A stretch of 32,000 nucleotides of DNA from positions 2,070,001 to 2,102,000 of the forward strand of contig NZ_CP032551.1 of assembly GCF_009734345.1 (NCBI RefSeq). Reading direction: 5' to 3'. Position 1 is the stretch's first letter. Each line of letters opens with the position of its first letter. Origin of the DNA: Pseudidiomarina andamanensis. GTDB lineage: Bacteria; Pseudomonadota; Gammaproteobacteria; Enterobacterales; Alteromonadaceae. This document shows, in pieces, positions 1 through 8,347 of this stretch. The position numbers and the translations under genes are program-made. The notes under the pieces are model-generated. The model made no database searches. It was not told the DNA's origin and saw only the letters and a program-made list of their open reading frames with translations.

Positions 1-1
1 G

Positions 2-943
2 CCAAATGCGCCTGCGGTAGATGTTTACCTCACAGCGGTTGATGCGGACTTAAGCGCCGAACAACCAGCGGCAACCCTCGAATTTACCGATTATTCTGCG
101 CAACTAGACGTGCCAGAAGGTGAATATCAAGTGCGAATTACTGCGGCCGGCGATGCCAGTGCTGTGGTATACGACAGTGGTGCCTTAGATTTAGCTGCCG
201 GTGCTGATTTAGTGGTCGCTGCGGTAACCAATACCGGTACCGGTGACTCACCAGTGATGTTGCAGGTAGCCGATGGCGAAAGCGCTCAAATCATTGCATC
301 AGCAGATGCAGGTGGTGAACTGCGCATTGTCCACGCCAGTGCCGATGCGCCAGCCGTTGATATTACAGTCAACAATGCGGCGACACCTGCAGTTGCCAAT
401 CTAGCCTTTTTAGAGTTCACCGATTTTATCAACTTACCTGGTGGTGACTATCTGGTTGATGTTGCTGCAGCTGGTGGTACGCCAGTGGTGATTGATGACG
501 CTGCGTTAACACTTGCTGAAAGCCAACGCGTGAGCGTTTATGCCGTGGGTGCATTGGGTGATTCGTCATTGACGTTAGCGGTTGTTGAAGACGATGCGCG
601 TCGTATTGCAACAGCTGCACAAGTGCAGTTAGTCCATGCATCACCAAGCGCCGGTAACGTTGACATTTATGTGACTGGAACCGCTGATTTAACCGATGCA
701 ACGCCTGTATTTACAGATGTTCCGTTTAACGCCGCAGGTTTAGTATCAACAGGGTATGTTCCGTTAACGCCTGGTACGTATTTTGTGACTGTCACTGCAA
801 CTGGTACGCAAACTGCTGCAATTGGTCCGGTAGAACTAACCTTAGAAGGTAACGGTGTTTACACCGCAGTAGCTGTTGATGCCACTGGTGGCGGCTTACC
901 ACCACAGCTTATTTTGATGGATGATCTTGCACCAGCAATGTAA
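2..943 (+). CDS. DUF4397 repeat protein, 3' portion (5' end lies left of the window)
   Basis: The frame is open from nt 2 (PNAPAVDVYLTAVDADL...), so the GTG at 110 in the ORF track is internal. There are three tandem ~95-aa modules, each opening with an (A/S)xxVD(V/I)(Y/T) motif (APAVDVY, APAVDITV, AGNVDIYV) and closing with an acidic tail (LQVAD, VVEDD, ILMDD). I associate this pattern with DUF4397. Stop codon TAA at 941-943. Confidence 0.7.
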   Translation, partial: PNAPAVDVYLTAVDADLSAEQPAATLEFTDYSAQLDVPEGEYQVRITAAGDASAVVYDSGALDLAAGADLVVAAVTNTGTGDSPVMLQVADGESAQIIASADAGGELRIVHASADAPAVDITVNNAATPAVANLAFLEFTDFINLPGGDYLVDVAAAGGTPVVIDDAALTLAESQRVSVYAVGALGDSSLTLAVVEDDARRIATAAQVQLVHASPSAGNVDIYVTGTADLTDATPVFTDVPFNAAGLVSTGYVPLTPGTYFVTVTATGTQTAAIGPVELTLEGNGVYTAVAVDATGGGLPPQLILMDDLAPAM

Positions 944-2270
944 GCCCTTTGTAGTGTAGGTAGAGCCATTGGCTCACACCACGCGCTAATAGAAATAAAC
1001 TCAATGCCAACCACAAACCGTGGTTGGCATTGTTTTCTGAAAGCCACCATTGGCTTATCAACCACACGGGAACGAACACACCCAGCACACTCACGGCCAT
1101 CGTGTTGCGCATGGCACGTGTTAACCCTAGGCCGATGTAAACACCATCGAAATAATAGCTCCAGTGCCCTAGCAGTGGCATGACAATGAGCCAAGGCAGA
1201 TAGATTTCAGCAACTTGAATCACGTCATTTAAATCAGTTAGCAACCGGACAATTTGTCCACCTGCAAAGCCAAAGATAATGCAGTAGGCGATGGCGAATA
1301 ACGCCGACCACATTAGCGACAATCGCATCCAATAACGTATTTTGGCAACGTCCTTTCTGCCCCGTGCCGCACCTAATAGGGCCTCAACCGCATAAGCAAT
1401 GCCATCTAACCCCAACGAAATAAGCATTAAGAACTGCATCAATACCGCGTTGGCGGCCACCACGACCGCACCAAATCGCGCGGCGTAGCCGGTCATCACC
1501 GCCATACATAATTGGAGTAACAGTGAACGAATGAAAACATCGCGGTTCATCGCGGCAAACTGTTTGAAATACGCTGGGGTAATACGCCAATAGGCAGGTT
1601 TGGGCAGCAAATCACGAATGAACCATAAACCAAGTACCGCTGTCGAAACTTCGGCAAGCACCGAGGCCCAAGCTGCACCTTGCACGTTCAGCTCTAACCC
1701 GATGATTAAGATAACGTCAGCAACCACGTTGACCGCATTGGTAAAGATAACCAGAGTCATGGCTAAGCGACTTTGTTGGCGGCCAAGTAAAGCGCCGAGT
1801 ACCAGCAGATTGATTAATGCTGCAGGCGCGGCCCAGAGGCGAATACCGATATATTGGGCAGCGTAATGTTGGAGTTCCGGTTCTGGATTGATGATCAACC
1901 AGGCGCAATCAATCAACCACGGGCGAACCAACAGAAGCAGTAAACCAAGACCTACGGCGATGGTCATACCATGCACGACGACCCGTTGTGCGAGGCGATG
2001 ATTGTCAGCACCAAATGCGTGAGCGATCTCGGCCGTGGTAGTCATACGTAAGAAGATAGCGAGCAGGTAGACAAAGCTGACTACCATGGCGCCAAGAGCG
2101 ACCGCGCTCAGATAGATAGAGTCAGGCAAATGCCCAATAATAGCGGTATCGACTAAACCCAATAACGGTGCCGCAATATTTGATATGATCATGGGCAAAG
2201 CAATGGCAAAAATGGCGCGATGATCAGCCCCTGTGCCAAACCAAGATGGGAGTTTTTGAATGCGTTTCAT
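909..2270 (-). CDS. dinF: MATE family efflux transporter, DinF subfamily
   Basis: 453 aa, polytopic. The N-terminus AIFAIALPMIISNIAAPLLGLVDTAIIGHL and the C-terminus NHGLWLALSLFLLARG align with my recollection of E. coli DinF (WRLALPMIFSNITVPLLGLVDTAVIGHL ... NHALWLALTVFLALRG). NVQGAAWA and NRD motifs are also shared. Confidence 0.85.
   Translation of the reverse strand: MKRIQKLPSWFGTGADHRAIFAIALPMIISNIAAPLLGLVDTAIIGHLPDSIYLSAVALGAMVVSFVYLLAIFLRMTTTAEIAHAFGADNHRLAQRVVVHGMTIAVGLGLLLLLVRPWLIDCAWLIINPEPELQHYAAQYIGIRLWAAPAALINLLVLGALLGRQQSRLAMTLVIFTNAVNVVADVILIIGLELNVQGAAWASVLAEVSTAVLGLWFIRDLLPKPAYWRITPAYFKQFAAMNRDVFIRSLLLQLCMAVMTGYAARFGAVVVAANAVLMQFLMLISLGLDGIAYAVEALLGAARGRKDVAKIRYWMRLSLMWSALFAIAYCIIFGFAGGQIVRLLTDLNDVIQVAEIYLPWLIVMPLLGHWSYYFDGVYIGLGLTRAMRNTMAVSVLGVFVPVWLISQWWLSENNANHGLWLALSLFLLARGVSQWLYLHYKGLTLLVQDHPSK
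1003..1037 (+). terminator. Candidate intrinsic terminator for the DUF4397 gene, embedded in the dinF 3' coding region
   Basis: Perfect 12-bp inverted repeat: AATGCCAACCAC (1003-1014), loop AAACC, GTGGTTGGCATT (1020-1031), followed by GTTTTCT. It lies 60 nt downstream of the + strand stop codon. Confidence 0.5.
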
Positions 2271-3309
2271 GATTTTCTTATTCGCGTTATTAAGTAGCGT
2301 CGCATGGGCGGCTCCAGGTAGCGTCGCGATTCTGCAATATCATCATATTGGTGATGATACACCGCGTGTCACTTCGGTAACAGCCGAAGAACTTGAAGCT
2401 CATTTCGCTTGGCTTAAGGAAAATAATTTTACCGTGATGTCATTGGCGGAAATTCAGCAGCGTTTCGAAAACGGCGAGTCAGTACCGGAATACACCGCGG
2501 CAATCACCATAGATGATGGCTGGCGTAATGTTTATCGTGAAGGCCTTGAGGTATTTAAAAAATATAATTACCCGTTCACCATTTTTGTGAATCCCAAATT
2601 AATGCGTGAAGCGTCGTCACAATATATGGATTGGGAGCAGTTGCGCGAATTGCAAAAGTACGGTGCGCATATTGGGAATCACTCGAATAGTCATTGGCAT
2701 ATGACTTGGCGGTATCAAGACGAGTCAGAACAGGCATGGCGTGAACGTGTGTTAGCGGATGTGCTCGATGCGCAAGCCGAGATTGATGAGCATTTAGGTG
2801 AGCAACCACGGCAGTTTGCGTACCCGTATGGCGAATACGACGTGGCATTAGAAAAAATGCTAGCAGCGCATGGTTTTATTGCATTTGGTCAGCACTCGGG
2901 CCCGTGGACACGGTACAGCCCAAGCACCTCGATACCGCGCTTTCCAGCTTCAGCGCAGTACGCAAACTTAGAGACCTTAGCGACGAAATTGAAAAGCTTA
3001 GGGCTACCGCTAGTTTCGGCTGAACCCAAAGAAATGTTGGTCGCATCTGACAACATCACGCCGTCATTCCGTGTTGAGGTAACATCAACGGAGGATTTCA
3101 ATCCGAATCAGATGAATTGTTTTGCTGGTGGTGATGTTCTGCAGCCGCAATGGCATGGCAATACGTTCACCGTACAACTTAACAACGAGTTACCCATTGG
3201 TCGCTCACGGGTTAATTGCACGGTGCCTAGTTTGTCACAGCAAGGGCGCTTTTACTGGTATTCTCATCCGTTTATTCGCGCCGATCAAACGGGTCGTTGG
3301 CCTGATTAA
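2260..3309 (+). CDS. Polysaccharide deacetylase family (CE4/NodB-domain) protein, secreted
   Basis: Signal peptide MRFMIFLFALLSSVAWA. NodB motifs are present: TIDDGW (metal/Asp motif), NHSNSHWH (HSxxH) and FAYPYG (RxPY-like). GGGAG Shine-Dalgarno at 2248-2252, 7 nt before the ATG at 2260. A C-terminal domain of ~100 aa has unknown function. Confidence 0.85.
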   Translation: MRFMIFLFALLSSVAWAAPGSVAILQYHHIGDDTPRVTSVTAEELEAHFAWLKENNFTVMSLAEIQQRFENGESVPEYTAAITIDDGWRNVYREGLEVFKKYNYPFTIFVNPKLMREASSQYMDWEQLRELQKYGAHIGNHSNSHWHMTWRYQDESEQAWRERVLADVLDAQAEIDEHLGEQPRQFAYPYGEYDVALEKMLAAHGFIAFGQHSGPWTRYSPSTSIPRFPASAQYANLETLATKLKSLGLPLVSAEPKEMLVASDNITPSFRVEVTSTEDFNPNQMNCFAGGDVLQPQWHGNTFTVQLNNELPIGRSRVNCTVPSLSQQGRFYWYSHPFIRADQTGRWPD

Positions 3310-3929
3310 TTAAAGCTAGACGCAATGATGGCGAAGTCGGTGGCCATGTTTTCCATGTTCACAGTTGGTACTTCGCCCATCACATGTTCAGCCTTAAAAA
3401 TCGCTTGGCGTTCGCCGTTAGGGTTCACCAAAACAATGGCTGCACTGTGATTCACCAAGTAGTCAGTTTCGCCTTCTTCAGGAATCGAGTACATCAAACC
3501 GAGACCATTCACAAATGGATATAACTGTGGATGTTCTGCACGAATGCCGACAAATTCTTCACCAAAAAACGAGGCGTAATCGGTAACACGTTTCACGCTG
3601 TCACGTTTCGGATCAACCGAGATCATCCATATGCGTACCGGTAACTCGGTATGCTTGGTGAGTTGCGGGAGTGCTTTGCGTAAATCAGCCATGGTCGTTG
3701 GGCAAATATCAGGGCAGAAGGTATAGCCAGTGAACAACAGGGTCCACTGACCTTTGAGATTATCATTGGTGACGTCGCTGCCCAAAGAGCTTTCGAGAGT
3801 AAAGGGTTGTAGCGCGCGTGCTGGCTCATAAACCAGGGCTTGCGGTTGTGGCTTAGGTAGCGTGTTGTAAATCACCACACCAGCAACCAGGGCAATAAGC
3901 GCAACAACGCTAATCAGTAGTTTTTGCAT
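3306..3929 (-). CDS. SCO1/SenC family copper chaperone for cytochrome c oxidase assembly
   Basis: N-terminal membrane anchor, thioredoxin-like fold with the diagnostic CPDICP (CxxxC) motif and a downstream His (VNHSAAIVLV). It is the last gene of the cox cluster. Its stop codon overlaps the deacetylase stop codon (TTAA at 3306-3309). Confidence 0.9.
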   Translation of the reverse strand: MQKLLISVVALIALVAGVVIYNTLPKPQPQALVYEPARALQPFTLESSLGSDVTNDNLKGQWTLLFTGYTFCPDICPTTMADLRKALPQLTKHTELPVRIWMISVDPKRDSVKRVTDYASFFGEEFVGIRAEHPQLYPFVNGLGLMYSIPEEGETDYLVNHSAAIVLVNPNGERQAIFKAEHVMGEVPTVNMENMATDFAIIASSFN

Positions 3930-3956
3930 ACCACTTACTCCGAAATCTTAATTCAT

Positions 3957-4910
3957 TTATAACGCTGGCGTGACCAAGTAATGGTCCACTAACAACAGAA
4001 TAAATAACCCAAATAACTGCCAAATTGAGAACTTGAACATATTAAAGGCGGTTAATTTACCCGGTGAAAACTTCAATTTCCACGCATAGACCAAAAACCA
4101 AATGCTTAATACGGTAGAGCCAACTAAGTAGATAACACCGGACATACCGATAATATAAGGTAGCAAGCACACCACGCCTAACAAGATGGTATAAAGCAAG
4201 ATACAGGTCTTAGTAAATTCGATACCGTGGGTTACGGGTAGCATCGGAATATCTGCTTTCGCGTAGTCTTTCGCACGATGCACCGCTAACGCCCAGAAAT
4301 GCGGCGGTGTCCAAGTAAAGACAATCATCACCAGTAATATGGCGAACGGGTGAATTTCGTTGGTAACAGCAGTCCAACCCAACAGGGGTGGTGCTGCGCC
4401 GGCGAGGCCGCCAATGACAATATTTTGCGGAGTCGCTCGCTTTAAGTACATGGTGTAAACAATGGCATAACCGACGAGGCTAGCTAAGGTTAGCCAAGCC
4501 GTAAGCATGTTGACCCAAATGGCTAATACTGCAAAACCCAATGCACCAAGCACCGCAGCGAAAGTTAAGACACGGCGAGGCGAGAGGGCGCCAGAAGGTA
4601 ACGGGCGTCGTAGTGTGCGAGCCATACGCGCATCAATATGGCGATCGACTAGATGGTTTACCGCAGCTGCAGAACCCGACATAAAGCCGATACCAACAAG
4701 GCCAGGTACCATAATTTGCCAGGACACCCATGTTGGTGAGGCCAAACACATACCAACCAAAGCCGTGAGTAACAGCAGTAACACCACGTTAGGTTTGGTC
4801 AGGGTTAAATAATCACGCCAACTGGCATGCTTTTTATAGGTTTCTGCAAGCGCTTCATCGGCGCTTGCGAGTTGTACTTGTTCTGTCATCTGTTTTACCC
4901 CGCCGCTCAT
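3957..4910 (-). CDS. cyoE: Protoheme IX farnesyltransferase (heme O synthase)
   Basis: UbiA-superfamily polytopic protein. Motifs [23 protein letters not shown] and [10 protein letters not shown] are typical of CyoE/CtaB. The ATG at 4910 overlaps the ctaA stop codon (ATGA). An alternative ATG lies at 4889. Confidence 0.93.
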   Translation of the reverse strand: MSGGVKQMTEQVQLASADEALAETYKKHASWRDYLTLTKPNVVLLLLLTALVGMCLASPTWVSWQIMVPGLVGIGFMSGSAAAVNHLVDRHIDARMARTLRRPLPSGALSPRRVLTFAAVLGALGFAVLAIWVNMLTAWLTLASLVGYAIVYTMYLKRATPQNIVIGGLAGAAPPLLGWTAVTNEIHPFAILLVMIVFTWTPPHFWALAVHRAKDYAKADIPMLPVTHGIEFTKTCILLYTILLGVVCLLPYIIGMSGVIYLVGSTVLSIWFLVYAWKLKFSPGKLTAFNMFKFSIWQLFGLFILLLVDHYLVTPAL

Positions 4911-5881
4911 GCGTTGCGAGCGATCTTATAATTTAATCCAACTAAACTTAGCAGTAGCAATGCGCCGACCGCGTTGTGGGCAACGGCAACCTTCAGTGGC
5001 AGCATAAAAATTACATTACTGAAACCGAGTGCTAATTGCACCACGAGTGCTAGAGCGACCCAATTTAAACTACTGCGAATAACTTGTGTTTGTGTGCGGC
5101 GATAACTGAGCCACAACAAGAGCCCCACCACAATTGTGGTGAAGTAGGCACCAAACCGATGCACAACATGCATGGTCATTCGCTCAGCGTAATCGTGTGC
5201 GCCATATTGATAGGTGTCTGCGGCTGGTACCGAAAATGCACCGGCAAAATCTAGACGCTCCCCCCAGTTACCTTCACAGAAAGGTAATTCGGTACAGGCC
5301 ATGGCTGCATAGTTCGCCGCAACCCAGCCTCCAAGTGCAATTTGTCCGAATACCACAAGGAGTGCAAATAGTGCAAAACCGCGCATCGGTCGCATTTTTG
5401 AATCGCCGAGTGGCATATGAACCCGCTCAAGGCGCAACAACAGTAAGTACAGCAGGGAAATGGTTGTAAAGCCACCCAACAGGTGCCCCATCACAATTAA
5501 CGGCTGTAAATTCATAGTGACAGTCCACATGCCCAGTGCCGCTTGGAAGGTCACTAAAGCAAGCAGCAATACCGGTAAACCAACCGGCTGCGATGGGTCG
5601 TGGCGACGACGTACGAATGCCGCAATGGTGATCGCAAGAATGACCAAACCTAAGGTACCGGCTGCATAGCGATGAATCATTTCATTCCATGCTTTTTGAG
5701 ATTCAAGCGGGGCGTGGGGAAACAATTCAACCGCTTTCTCGGCATCTTTTGGAACCGTTAGCTCACCATAGCAACCTGGCCAGTCTGGGCAACCTAAGCC
5801 GGCATCGGTTAAACGCGTATAAGCGCCCAATACAATCACGACAAATGCCAATAAAACACTGATTTTGACAAACGTACGCAT
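4907..5881 (-). CDS. ctaA: Heme A synthase (COX15/CtaA family)
   Basis: 324 aa with ~8 TM segments. It has the conserved CPDWPGC pair and His-containing helices (HRYAAG, HLLGG, HRFGAY, AHNAVG). It sits between the cox assembly genes and cyoE. Confidence 0.9.
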   Translation of the reverse strand: MRTFVKISVLLAFVVIVLGAYTRLTDAGLGCPDWPGCYGELTVPKDAEKAVELFPHAPLESQKAWNEMIHRYAAGTLGLVILAITIAAFVRRRHDPSQPVGLPVLLLALVTFQAALGMWTVTMNLQPLIVMGHLLGGFTTISLLYLLLLRLERVHMPLGDSKMRPMRGFALFALLVVFGQIALGGWVAANYAAMACTELPFCEGNWGERLDFAGAFSVPAADTYQYGAHDYAERMTMHVVHRFGAYFTTIVVGLLLWLSYRRTQTQVIRSSLNWVALALVVQLALGFSNVIFMLPLKVAVAHNAVGALLLLSLVGLNYKIARNA

Positions 5882-5885
5882 GGCT

Positions 5886-6434
5886 CTAACCTACCTTTGA
5901 AAGTTTTAATAAGGTGCGAAGATCAGCAAGTAGGTTCTTCGCTTCGGCGCGCATGGCTTCTTCATCGGCATGCGTTGGGTAATGCAAGATCACGTTTCCG
6001 AGTGGATCGATAATAAACAGGTTATGCGTAGGTAATTGAGTCACTGCAGTTACTAAGTCGCCATTTTCGATATGTTTAACCAATGGCATATTGGTCAAAT
6101 CGAGCGCGGTGCCATTCGAGGTAATCAGTAGTGGGTTGACGCGATCGGTTTCTTTGCCGAGGGCGATGTCCAATTGATTCATGGCATATAAACCTTGCAG
6201 ACATGAATCGCCACAATTGCCGTCATCAACCAAGGCAACACGCCACCCTTCCGGTAGCGCAGAGTTCAAATCACCGAGTTCGAGAGGTGGCACTAACATG
6301 GTGCCTTTGTTGGTCACTGCGCCTTGATACCAATTTTGATCAAGAACTAGTTTTGCGCCAATGACAGGAATTAAAAATGCGAGTACCACACCGATTAGCG
6401 TCGCTCGCGATCGTTTTACGTTCGTCATGGTCAT
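5886..6434 (-). CDS. Uncharacterised membrane-anchored CxxxC protein of the cox cluster
   Basis: I trimmed the ORF-track start (6572) to the ATG at 6434. That ATG forms an ATGA overlap with the surf1 stop codon and is preceded by a GAGGA Shine-Dalgarno. The protein has one N-terminal TM helix (ATLIGVVLAFLIPVIGAKLVL), a CGDSC motif and a FIIDPLGNVILHY strand-like motif. I recognise no named family. Confidence 0.6.
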   Translation of the reverse strand: MTMTNVKRSRATLIGVVLAFLIPVIGAKLVLDQNWYQGAVTNKGTMLVPPLELGDLNSALPEGWRVALVDDGNCGDSCLQGLYAMNQLDIALGKETDRVNPLLITSNGTALDLTNMPLVKHIENGDLVTAVTQLPTHNLFIIDPLGNVILHYPTHADEEAMRAEAKNLLADLRTLLKLSKVG

Positions 6435-7156
6435 TCCTCTGTTGTTATTTTTTTGGAACGGCTGGCAAACCAAAATACCAGTAAACAAGCAAGCGCTAAC
6501 GAAAACCATTGCATGGCGTAGGCCCGATGTTTTGTTGGTGTCATGACTTGCGGTTGCCATTGGCGTGGCCAACCAAAATCAGCAGTTTCTGAGAGTAGCA
6601 CCACATAGTGCTGAATGGGAAGTTGTGTTGCGCTGCTTATTGCGTCAGCATCGAGTTGGGTAACACGTACCGGCCAGCGGTCGGCTTCAACGTAGGTTTC
6701 ACCAGCCCCCCAGATTTGAGAAAGCTGCGGCTGATAGAATAGTCCGCCAATGGTAACGTTGCCCTGGGGCAGCGATAGTTGCGGCAGTTGCTGCCGGTCT
6801 TGTCCCCAAGGTACCCATCCCATATTCACCATGACAATCCCGTTTTTACCTACTGCGAATTCAGCATCAAGCAAACCAATAACTTGGTAGCCAGCTTGTC
6901 CATCTTGAATCTGGTTATCGAGAAGTAAGAAGTCATCTAAAAATCTTCCCTCGACGGACACTTCTGCATAACGACTTATCGCGTTGAGTGGTGTCTCGAA
7001 GGCATTTAAATTTATTGGGGAAGTCTGGCGTGATTCGTAGTCAGCGAAGAGTTGCTCTTTTTCATTGGCACGGTCAAGTTGCCAGAATCCAAGCTTGACC
7101 AAAATTGCAATTGCCAGCACAGTGAGCACTGTCGCAATGAGTTTACTCTTACGCAT
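6431..7156 (-). CDS. SURF1 family cytochrome oxidase biogenesis protein
   Basis: N-terminal TM helix followed by GFWQLDRANEK (the SURF1 signature WQ..R...K), then GYQVIGLL, NMGWVP, and a C-terminal TM with KHRAYAMQWFSLA. I chose the ATG at 7156. The ORF track begins at a TTG at 7174, which remains possible. Confidence 0.85.
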   Translation of the reverse strand: MRKSKLIATVLTVLAIAILVKLGFWQLDRANEKEQLFADYESRQTSPINLNAFETPLNAISRYAEVSVEGRFLDDFLLLDNQIQDGQAGYQVIGLLDAEFAVGKNGIVMVNMGWVPWGQDRQQLPQLSLPQGNVTIGGLFYQPQLSQIWGAGETYVEADRWPVRVTQLDADAISSATQLPIQHYVVLLSETADFGWPRQWQPQVMTPTKHRAYAMQWFSLALACLLVFWFASRSKKITTEE

Positions 7157-7194
7157 GGTAAACCCTGCCCACAATTACTCGATAGGAAGCTGTG

Positions 7195-7410
7195 ATGGTT
7201 ATTACTGCAAAAATCATATTGGTACTACTCATGTTATTTATGGTCGTTAACTTGTTTCGTGCATTATTCGCAATGCTACGTAACGACCCGACCAAACCAC
7301 CAATGACAAAATATCTCGGGCAGCGTGTGCTGTTCTCAGCCATTGCCATTGTGGTGATCGTGATACTGCTGGCATCCGGTGTTTTGGTGCCAAATCCGCG
7401 GCCGTACTGA
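7195..7410 (+). CDS. Twin-transmembrane-helix small protein (DUF2909-like)
   Basis: 71 aa with two hydrophobic helices (ITAKIILVLLMLFMVVNLF and VLFSAIAIVVIVILLASGVL) joined by a basic loop (RNDPTKPPMTKYLGQR). AGGAAG Shine-Dalgarno at 7184-7189. The size, topology and position between coxC and surf1 match my recollection of the DUF2909 family. Confidence 0.6.
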   Translation: MVITAKIILVLLMLFMVVNLFRALFAMLRNDPTKPPMTKYLGQRVLFSAIAIVVIVILLASGVLVPNPRPY

Positions 7411-7429
7411 CGTTTTATGCCAGTACGGC
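7401..7429. terminator. Hairpin between the convergent DUF2909-like gene and coxC (weak candidate terminator)
   Basis: GCCGTACTG (7401-7409), an 11-nt loop, CAGTACGGC (7421-7429). It spans the stop codon of the small gene. Neither strand has a clear U-tract. Confidence 0.3.
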
Positions 7430-7454
7430 GTTAGTTACTACAATGATTACAACG

Positions 7455-8336
7455 TTATAAAACGTACACAAATATAAACAGGCACACCCAAACCACATCA
7501 ACAAAGTGCCAGTACCAGCTTGTTGCTTGGAAGGCGAAGTGATTATCTGGGGTAAAGTGACCTTTGATAACACGTAAGAACATGATGATCAGCATTAAAG
7601 TACCCAAGGTCACGTGCATACCGTGGAAACCGGTGAGCATGTAGAAGGTATTACCATAAATGCCTGAATCGAGAGTTAACCCAAGTTCTTCATACGCGTG
7701 TACGTACTCAGCACCTTGAAGGTACAAGAAGATACAGCCGAGAATAATGGTAATACCCAACCAAACGGTGAGCTGTTTACGATTATTCTTCTCTAAGCCC
7801 ACATGAGCGAAGTGACAGGTGACGCTCGAAACAATCAGAATGATGGTGTTGTAAAGCGGTAAGCCCATCCAACCCATTGCGCCTGATTCGGTGCCGCCTG
7901 GTGTTTTTGTCAGTGGCCAATGCGCTTCGAAAGCTGGCCATAGCACTTCGTTGGTCATGGCGTTATTACTAGCACCACCAAGCCATTCAACAGCAATGAC
8001 GCGGGCATAGAACAAAGCGCCAAAGAACGCGGCGAAGAACATAATTTCTGAGAAAATAAACCAGCTCATGCCTTGACGATACGAGTGGCTAAGTTGATTA
8101 CTGTATAAGCCCGACATTGACTCATTGATTTGATCGCGGAACCAACCAAATAACATCACAATCATCACGGCAATGCCGCCAAAAAGAATGTTTGAGCCCC
8201 AGCCGTCAACGGCCTCATTTTTCATATCAATAACTGTGTGGCCTGCACCAAAAGCAATCAAGCCTAATCCGACCGCGCCGACAATAGGCCACGGACTAGA
8301 TGCCGGTACATAATATTTTTCGTGTTGTTGTGCCAT
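7455..8336 (-). CDS. coxC: Cytochrome c oxidase subunit III
   Basis: 293 aa with 7 TM segments. Typical subunit III motifs are present: FGALFYAR, GFHGMHVTLGT, YWHFVDVVW. Confidence 0.95.
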   Translation of the reverse strand: MAQQHEKYYVPASSPWPIVGAVGLGLIAFGAGHTVIDMKNEAVDGWGSNILFGGIAVMIVMLFGWFRDQINESMSGLYSNQLSHSYRQGMSWFIFSEIMFFAAFFGALFYARVIAVEWLGGASNNAMTNEVLWPAFEAHWPLTKTPGGTESGAMGWMGLPLYNTIILIVSSVTCHFAHVGLEKNNRKQLTVWLGITIILGCIFLYLQGAEYVHAYEELGLTLDSGIYGNTFYMLTGFHGMHVTLGTLMLIIMFLRVIKGHFTPDNHFAFQATSWYWHFVDVVWVCLFIFVYVL

Positions 8337-8347
8337 AAAACGAATCC

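Noticed and set aside
859-1194. A 111-aa minus-strand ORF overlapping the dinF 3' region in another frame.
   Set aside because: It is out of frame with a confidently identified MATE transporter, has a Cys/Arg-rich atypical composition, and has no start context.
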